Below the pieces are notes generated by a model. It saw nothing but the letters and a program-made list of their open reading frames with translations. It was not told where the DNA came from and searched no databases. The translations under genes were made by a program, and so were the position numbers. A stretch of DNA of 58,539 nucleotides. Origin: Enterobacter phage Mulvp2. Positions 54,129-58,539 of this stretch are shown piece after piece. Position 1 is the first letter of the stretch. The number at the start of each line of letters is the position of its first letter. The stretch is from the sequence record OR508996.1, one strand, 5' to 3'.

Positions 54129-56044
54129 GAATGCAAACGGATGTCTGCACTAACAATTGATGAACCCAGCGGTACTAACGTGCCGCTTCCGTTATAGAAG
54201 CGTAGTACCAGATTGCGTCCCGTAATTTCCGGCAGGCAAACAAGTCCCGCTACGGAGGCTGGTGTCACGGTGCAGTTCCTGACTGCGTCTGTAGTTACAT
54301 GGCTCTTAAACACAATGGTGATTTTCCCAGTGCCTGTGACAGACACAGAGCTAAACAAGGAGTTGGTGTCTGTCAGAGTGAGGGTGCCGTTGACATTAAC
54401 AATACGCGCAAAGCGCTCCCAGTTCACCGTGAGGTCTGTTACGTTATCCAGTCCGACAAATACCGCACGCGCGGTGTCAACGTTAAATACCTTAATGTTA
54501 CTATTACTTCCTTGGAATCGAATAAGGGCCGCTCCCGTAGGAGAGCCTGCGGATACGAAGTCTTTAATTCCGTCAAATGTAGTATTGAATGTTCCTGGCT
54601 GTACAAGAATAGGGTTTGCACTTCCGTGGCTTTTAATGCGGGTATTCGTAAAGTAACTATCTCGACAGGTAACAGCTAACGCGTGAAGACGTACAGTGGC
54701 CGGGGTTACACCAGATTTAATTTCACCTTCAAACGTGTAGTTGTCTACACGAAGACCTACTACCGTGTTAGGTTGGTTATCAACACCTCCTGAGATTCCA
54801 TATACAGCATTGTCATCGTATTGGATAATTTTCATGTGCCCGTTACGAATCTGTAGGTCCTGGATAGCACCATTATCGGCATTAAGCCCAAACCCACCAT
54901 TGGAGCCGTTAACGTTAAATCCATCAATCATGCAGCGATTACTGCGACGAATAACAGCTGACGGCATATTTCTGTTGTCGATATTCACGTAAAGCGCGAT
55001 CAGATTTTTGACAATTATGTCTTCACAGAAATTCCCCAGGGCATCAACCGAGATATATAGCGCATGACGTCCGAGGTCGCCGTCTGCTGTGCTGGCTCTG
55101 AAATTGATGCCGTCAATTAATGCCCTCTTGCAACCACCGAGCAACACGCCGTAACCCCCCGCGGCCACGTTGTCGTGATAACGCATGTTTCTGGCGTAAA
55201 CATCCCGCACAACAAAATCAGAGCAACGCAGAATTTCCGTTGCGCCACTGAACTGTTTCGCGTCCAGCCCTATGATTTTAAAGTTTTCGCTGTCTTCTAA
55301 CTGTATACCATAGGCCACATTGCCAGTTGATGGCCCATTAACAATATTGCCAATGATGCGTAAGTTTCGGATAGTGAATCCTTTCTTGAATTCTGAATGT
55401 ACAGCCCTCGCAACTGCTGTCATAGTTAAACTGCCGCCTACACCGTCCACAACCTGATAATCGTTAGGGAGAATAGGGACTGTTCGCGAAAGCCCAGTGT
55501 TAATTTGTACATCAGGTCCATTAGCTAGCACGACAGATGGGTCATTTGCGTACCCGTCCGGCCTGCGGTCAATAGCATTCAGGTCAAGTAAAAGATTTCC
55601 ACGATGACTGGTTCCAACGATTGCCCCGGTACCATTTGCCAGGTCTGTACGCAATGTTAAATCTGATTGATCCACCCAACCCGGTAACAGATTATTACTG
55701 CTGTCGAACGGAGAACTACCGGCGGGTACATCTAATCCACCAACCGGGATTGCACCAATCCACTGGTAAAATCCGCCGTTCGTTTCATACAGCAACACAT
55801 CCCAGCGATTTACCAGGGTGCCGCCGTCTTCGAATGATCCGTTTACTGGCTTGAATCCGATATCTGAAAAAAGACCGTCCAGGGTGGCATTCGTGTAACC
55901 CACGCCACGAATAGGATCTGTGACGACCAGTGCCGGATTACCGTTAGCGTCTTTACTGGTCGCTACGTGTTCGATGTGGAGAATCGACTCTTTTGCCGCT
56001 TTCAGGTCATCGGCGCTGACATACTGGGCGCATGAATCTGCCAT
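54125..56044 (-). CDS. tailspike / receptor-binding depolymerase-like protein with parallel beta-helix repeats, encoded on the opposite strand
   Basis: 639 aa. Central region shows beta-helix periodicity (I/V/L alternation, N/G turns, e.g. IRNLRIIGNIVNG...). Stop codon overlaps the J stop (ATTAAG). Confidence 0.55.
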   Translation of the reverse strand: MADSCAQYVSADDLKAAKESILHIEHVATSKDANGNPALVVTDPIRGVGYTNATLDGLFSDIGFKPVNGSFEDGGTLVNRWDVLLYETNGGFYQWIGAIPVGGLDVPAGSSPFDSSNNLLPGWVDQSDLTLRTDLANGTGAIVGTSHRGNLLLDLNAIDRRPDGYANDPSVVLANGPDVQINTGLSRTVPILPNDYQVVDGVGGSLTMTAVARAVHSEFKKGFTIRNLRIIGNIVNGPSTGNVAYGIQLEDSENFKIIGLDAKQFSGATEILRCSDFVVRDVYARNMRYHDNVAAGGYGVLLGGCKRALIDGINFRASTADGDLGRHALYISVDALGNFCEDIIVKNLIALYVNIDNRNMPSAVIRRSNRCMIDGFNVNGSNGGFGLNADNGAIQDLQIRNGHMKIIQYDDNAVYGISGGVDNQPNTVVGLRVDNYTFEGEIKSGVTPATVRLHALAVTCRDSYFTNTRIKSHGSANPILVQPGTFNTTFDGIKDFVSAGSPTGAALIRFQGSNSNIKVFNVDTARAVFVGLDNVTDLTVNWERFARIVNVNGTLTLTDTNSLFSSVSVTGTGKITIVFKSHVTTDAVRNCTVTPASVAGLVCLPEITGRNLVLRFYNGSGTLVPLGSSIVSADIRLHS

Positions 56045-56092
56045 TTGTTTCGCTCCGCCTTAAATGATAAGATTAATCCGAAAAACCGCTGT

Positions 56093-56121
56093 TTGTCAGG
56101 CTGTGCTTTTCAGGTTAGAAT
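56093..56121 (+). promoter_or_regulatory. sigma70 promoter TTGTCA-17-TAGAAT for the lysis cassette
   Basis: Consensus spacing, 34 nt upstream of ATG 56155. Confidence 0.45.
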
Positions 56122-56154
56122 GTGAGCATATACCCACCCTACGGTGATGATAGC

Positions 56155-56535
56155 ATGAATGACTCACAACTACACCAGCAAATAGGCAAGCTGACAGAAG
56201 CGGTTACCCACATTAACGACAGCGTAAATCTTCTGGGGAACCGCATGACAGACCTTAGCGAGAAGGTGAGTAACATCGATCGCAAGCTGGACAACATGGT
56301 CCAGAAAGACACTTTGCGCATGATGGGCTTTGACTATACTCAGCCTGAAGAACATCGTAAAGATCAGGAATGGCTGCGCAGTCAACGCCGCAAATCTGAT
56401 AGCTGGCGACCGGTAGTCTGGCATATCGTAAAGGCTATTTTGACAGTAGTCGCTATTGCAATTTGCACATACGTGTGGCAGGCAACCGTCGACCGCGCTA
56501 AAACGGACGTGACGCATTATGAACAAAGTAAGTAA
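56155..56535 (+). CDS. coiled-coil protein with single C-terminal TM segment (holin/antiholin candidate)
   Basis: 126 aa from ATG 56155 (SD GGTGA). TM segment WHIVKAILTVVAIAICTYVW. First gene of the lysis cluster. Confidence 0.35.
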   Translation: MNDSQLHQQIGKLTEAVTHINDSVNLLGNRMTDLSEKVSNIDRKLDNMVQKDTLRMMGFDYTQPEEHRKDQEWLRSQRRKSDSWRPVVWHIVKAILTVVAIAICTYVWQATVDRAKTDVTHYEQSK

Positions 56536-57064
56536 ATATGTCATTGCTGTACTGCTCGTCGCCGTTCCTGCACAGGAAGGGCTGAAGCGATACGTATATA
56601 AAGACCAGGGCGGCGTACCGACGGCCTGCAGCGGTGTAACGGGTAAGAATATCAAAATGGGCATGACGTTTACTGATGAGCAATGCCGCGACATGAACCT
56701 GCAGGCAATACTGTCCCACACGAAACCACTTGAGAAAATTCCGCATCAGCTACCTGACCGCGTCAACATCGCTTTCGGCTCATGGCTTTATCAGTACGGT
56801 GAGACGAATTTCAACAGCAGCACGGCGCGCCAGTATCTGATGCAGAATCGTCTGCATGATGCGTGTGACCAGATCTTGCGCTGGAAATTCACGCGAGTCG
56901 GTAACGTGAAAAAAGACTGCTCCATAGCGAGCAGTAAGTGTGGCGGGGTATGGAAACGCGCACAGGATAATAACGCTGTGTGTCTGGGTAAAATTACCGT
57001 CAATGAATACCTGCGCCGGATCGGTGCTGAACCTCTGAGGTACGAAGGTGATTACAGCAACTAA
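56519..57064 (+). CDS. SAR endolysin, GH24 lysozyme (E-8-D-5-T catalytic triad)
   Basis: 181 aa. N-terminal weakly hydrophobic YVIAVLLVAVPA SAR-like segment, then EGLKRYVYKDQGGVPTACSG. Confidence 0.8.
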   Translation: MNKVSKYVIAVLLVAVPAQEGLKRYVYKDQGGVPTACSGVTGKNIKMGMTFTDEQCRDMNLQAILSHTKPLEKIPHQLPDRVNIAFGSWLYQYGETNFNSSTARQYLMQNRLHDACDQILRWKFTRVGNVKKDCSIASSKCGGVWKRAQDNNAVCLGKITVNEYLRRIGAEPLRYEGDYSN

Positions 57065-57257
57065 GTCATGGTCAGTATGGGCGCTTGTCATCGGGTTGCT
57101 ACTCGATGCATTCAACGAGTATTTCGGTGCGTGGTTCCCGGGATGGTTCACGTGGTGTATCTTCGGCGCGGCGCTGGCTTGCCGCTTCATCTCTCAGGAG
57201 GCTGTACGTGAACAAGCTATACGTTTGTATTGCCGCGTTGTTAATCGTCATTGGTAG
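57048..57257 (+). CDS. possible 2-TM pinholin-like ORF filling the endolysin-Rz gap (GTG start, poor RBS)
   Basis: 69 aa. Two hydrophobic segments: WSVWALVIGLLL and WFTWCIFGAALAC. No ATG in frame. Confidence 0.2.
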   Translation: MITATKSWSVWALVIGLLLDAFNEYFGAWFPGWFTWCIFGAALACRFISQEAVREQAIRLYCRVVNRHW

Positions 57258-57579
57258 TCACTGGTTCGCTTACAGAGCAGGCTGGTCGGCACACGCTGAT
57301 AAGATTAACGCACAGGCTGCGGAACGCCGGCAGAAAGCAGAAAACCGTCAGGCTAAATCTACCAGTCAGTCTCAAAAGGTGCGTACTATCACCGAGACTA
57401 AATACAAAACCATTTACCGTGATGTGGTGAAATATGTTGACGATCCGAACCGTGTTAAGTGTGATTACGATCCTGAGTATATCAGGTTGCGTCAGTCAGC
57501 CCTGGACGCCGACGCCGCCGTCAGCCGAGATGAAAGGACCGGTGTGCGAATTGTCGAAAAAGGCACCGACAAACACTGA
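57208..57579 (+). CDS. i-spanin (Rz-like)
   Basis: GTG 57208, 6 nt after AGGAGG. N-terminal TM segment LYVCIAALLIVIGSHWFAY, then a coiled-coil periplasmic domain. Confidence 0.65.
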   Translation: MNKLYVCIAALLIVIGSHWFAYRAGWSAHADKINAQAAERRQKAENRQAKSTSQSQKVRTITETKYKTIYRDVVKYVDDPNRVKCDYDPEYIRLRQSALDADAAVSRDERTGVRIVEKGTDKH

Positions 57580-57682
57580 CGAAAGCGTGGTGAGTGATAA
57601 CCAGGACACTGAGTGCGCCACGAAACGCAAGATGATTATTTACGACTGGCAAGACTGGTACCGCGATAACTTTGAAAAATAG
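57434..57682 (+). CDS. o-spanin (Rz1-like lipoprotein) in the +1 frame, overlapping the 3' part of Rz
   Basis: 82 aa. Signal plus lipobox LSISGC. Pro-rich mature part. Confidence 0.7.
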   Translation: MLTIRTVLSVITILSISGCVSQPWTPTPPSAEMKGPVCELSKKAPTNTDESVVSDNQDTECATKRKMIIYDWQDWYRDNFEK

Positions 57683-57708
57683 CCCGCTACGTGCGGGCTT
57701 TTGCTATA
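57681..57708. terminator. bidirectional terminator AGCCCGCTACGTGCGGGCT + TTTGCTAT (the minus-strand methylase stop lies inside the hairpin)
   Basis: Perfect stem. TTTT follows on the plus strand and ATTTTTC on the minus strand. Confidence 0.6.
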
Positions 57709-58539
57709 CGTTGCTCTGCTATTTCGCAGTAATGCGGATCCATTTCAAAACCGATGAATTCGAACCCCTCCAGCATACACGCTTTGCCTGTTGAACCACT
57801 GCCTGTGAACGGATCAAGAACAGTTCCGCCCGGCGGCGTGACGAGTCGTACAAGCCATTGCATCAGCGCTGTGGGTTTAACTGTCGGGTGGTCATTGCGT
57901 GCACCTGATGTACGTCCTGCCCCGGCGCGAGGTGAGTTCATACCGGCGCTATCAGCATCACGGTCAACCATTTCAGCGGCAGAGGTTGCAGCGAGTGACA
58001 CACCTTCATCGCGATCGGCTTTACTGGCTTTAGCGCAGTAAAAGAAACGTGACCATTCTTCAGCATTAAGTCCATCATGGACGAAGTTTGCAGGCCAGCG
58101 CCCTTGTTCAGATGGTTGCCAGTCGTTTTGTGGATAATCAATGTTATCGCGTTGATGACTTAACAAACCGCCACTGCCGCCTTTTATTTGTTCGTCAGTT
58201 GGCACACGACATCCGTCAATATTCAGCGCGCCGGTACTGTGCGTTAGTACGTTTTCAGCCACAGTACCGGATAACGGTTTGCGGGCAACACAGATCGGTT
58301 CATGCGCCGGTTTGAGTGCTGTACCCCAGCCTGACCACTGTTTCGCTTCGTCGGTGGCTGGTGCTGTGATGTAAGCTTTTTCAGGCATGCCAACCGCAGA
58401 CATATTCAAACTGTTACCACCCGATTTATTGCCTGCTGGGTTTTTATGCTCTCCGATGACCTCACGTTCTACTCCAGCCGCCTTGTCAATCGCCTTACTC
58501 ACATCCAGCGATTTTGGAAATCCGGATCCATACACCCAC
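57687..58539 (-). CDS. DNA methyltransferase (beta-class N6A/N4C, PF01555-like), C-terminal part. The N-terminal part is at 1..338.
   Basis: ...WVYGSGFPKSLDV...HPTVKPTALMQWLVRLVTPPGGTVLDPFTGSGSTGKAC, with the motif I FxGxG at the C-terminus. The ORF runs to the window edge with no start. Confidence 0.8.
   Translation of the reverse strand, partial: WVYGSGFPKSLDVSKAIDKAAGVEREVIGEHKNPAGNKSGGNSLNMSAVGMPEKAYITAPATDEAKQWSGWGTALKPAHEPICVARKPLSGTVAENVLTHSTGALNIDGCRVPTDEQIKGGSGGLLSHQRDNIDYPQNDWQPSEQGRWPANFVHDGLNAEEWSRFFYCAKASKADRDEGVSLAATSAAEMVDRDADSAGMNSPRAGAGRTSGARNDHPTVKPTALMQWLVRLVTPPGGTVLDPFTGSGSTGKACMLEGFEFIGFEMDPHYCEIAEQRIAKART

Noticed and set aside
57085-57207. Longer Rz with TTG 57085 or ATG 57106 start (34-aa Arg/Ser-rich N-terminal extension)
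   Set aside because: No RBS precedes either codon, whereas GTG 57208 sits 6 nt after a perfect AGGAGG and starts directly at the TM segment, as expected for an i-spanin.
57068-57214. 48-aa ATG-initiated ORF in the endolysin-Rz gap (frame 2)
   Set aside because: Its start overlaps the endolysin stop, but the product is not membrane-like and ends inside the Rz RBS. There is no supporting RBS spacing, so it is likely fortuitous.
1-58539. CRISPR arrays, integrase/excisionase, CI-like repressor, tRNA genes, transposases
   Set aside because: No direct-repeat/spacer arrays were found. No tyrosine or serine recombinase signature was seen in any ORF. HTH proteins are present, but none pairs with an integrase. 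The genome is therefore interpreted as virulent or at least non-integrative, within the limits of by-eye inspection.

Overview
The window is almost certainly a complete, circularly permuted genome of about 58.5 kb from a tailed dsDNA phage. A beta-class DNA methyltransferase gene is split across the two window ends and joins in frame (1..338 plus 57687..58539, minus strand; 397 codons). The signals look Enterobacteriaceae-like: sigma70 consensus promoters, GC-hairpin/T-tract terminators and AGGAGG-type RBSs. No integrase or repressor was seen, so a virulent siphovirus-type phage is inferred: it has a tape measure, a chaperone frameshift and no sheath.

Layout:
- Leftward early/replication operon, 7875..1 and wrapping on the minus strand: DnaQ-like exonuclease fusion, DUF2800 nuclease, DUF2815 SSB-like protein, family A DNA polymerase, a small DPPH methyltransferase, a DUF4406 nucleoside-deoxyribosyltransferase-like protein and the DNA methyltransferase.
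- Rightward early operon, 7980..14587: DEAH helicase and primase/SF3 helicase.
- Leftward block of small unknown genes, 17612..14775.
- Long rightward late region, 18282..57682, with interspersed minus-strand genes (morons and tailspike): TerS, HNH, TerL, a moron stretch, portal, an inserted island, MuF-like protein, protease, scaffold, decoration protein, MCP, neck proteins, a glycosyltransferase/methyltransferase cassette, a minus-strand dUTPase moron, tail tube, G/GT chaperone with -1 frameshift, TMP, minor tail proteins, repeat-bearing tail fiber, NlpC/P60 K-like protein, J-like protein, a convergent minus-strand beta-helix tailspike, and a lysis cassette with SAR endolysin and overlapping Rz/Rz1.

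Points worth a second look are detailed in the findings: a reiterated about 80-bp promoter/RBS cassette present in at least 11 copies on both strands; a three-enzyme cassette (CMP-sialyltransferase/DUF115-like, GT9-like glycosyltransferase, SAM methyltransferase) inside the tail module; a roughly 3.2-kb island between portal and MuF; a 570-bp non-coding gap with a tRNA-like T-arm; convergent gene pairs whose stop codons overlap; and an unusual lysis-cassette layout.
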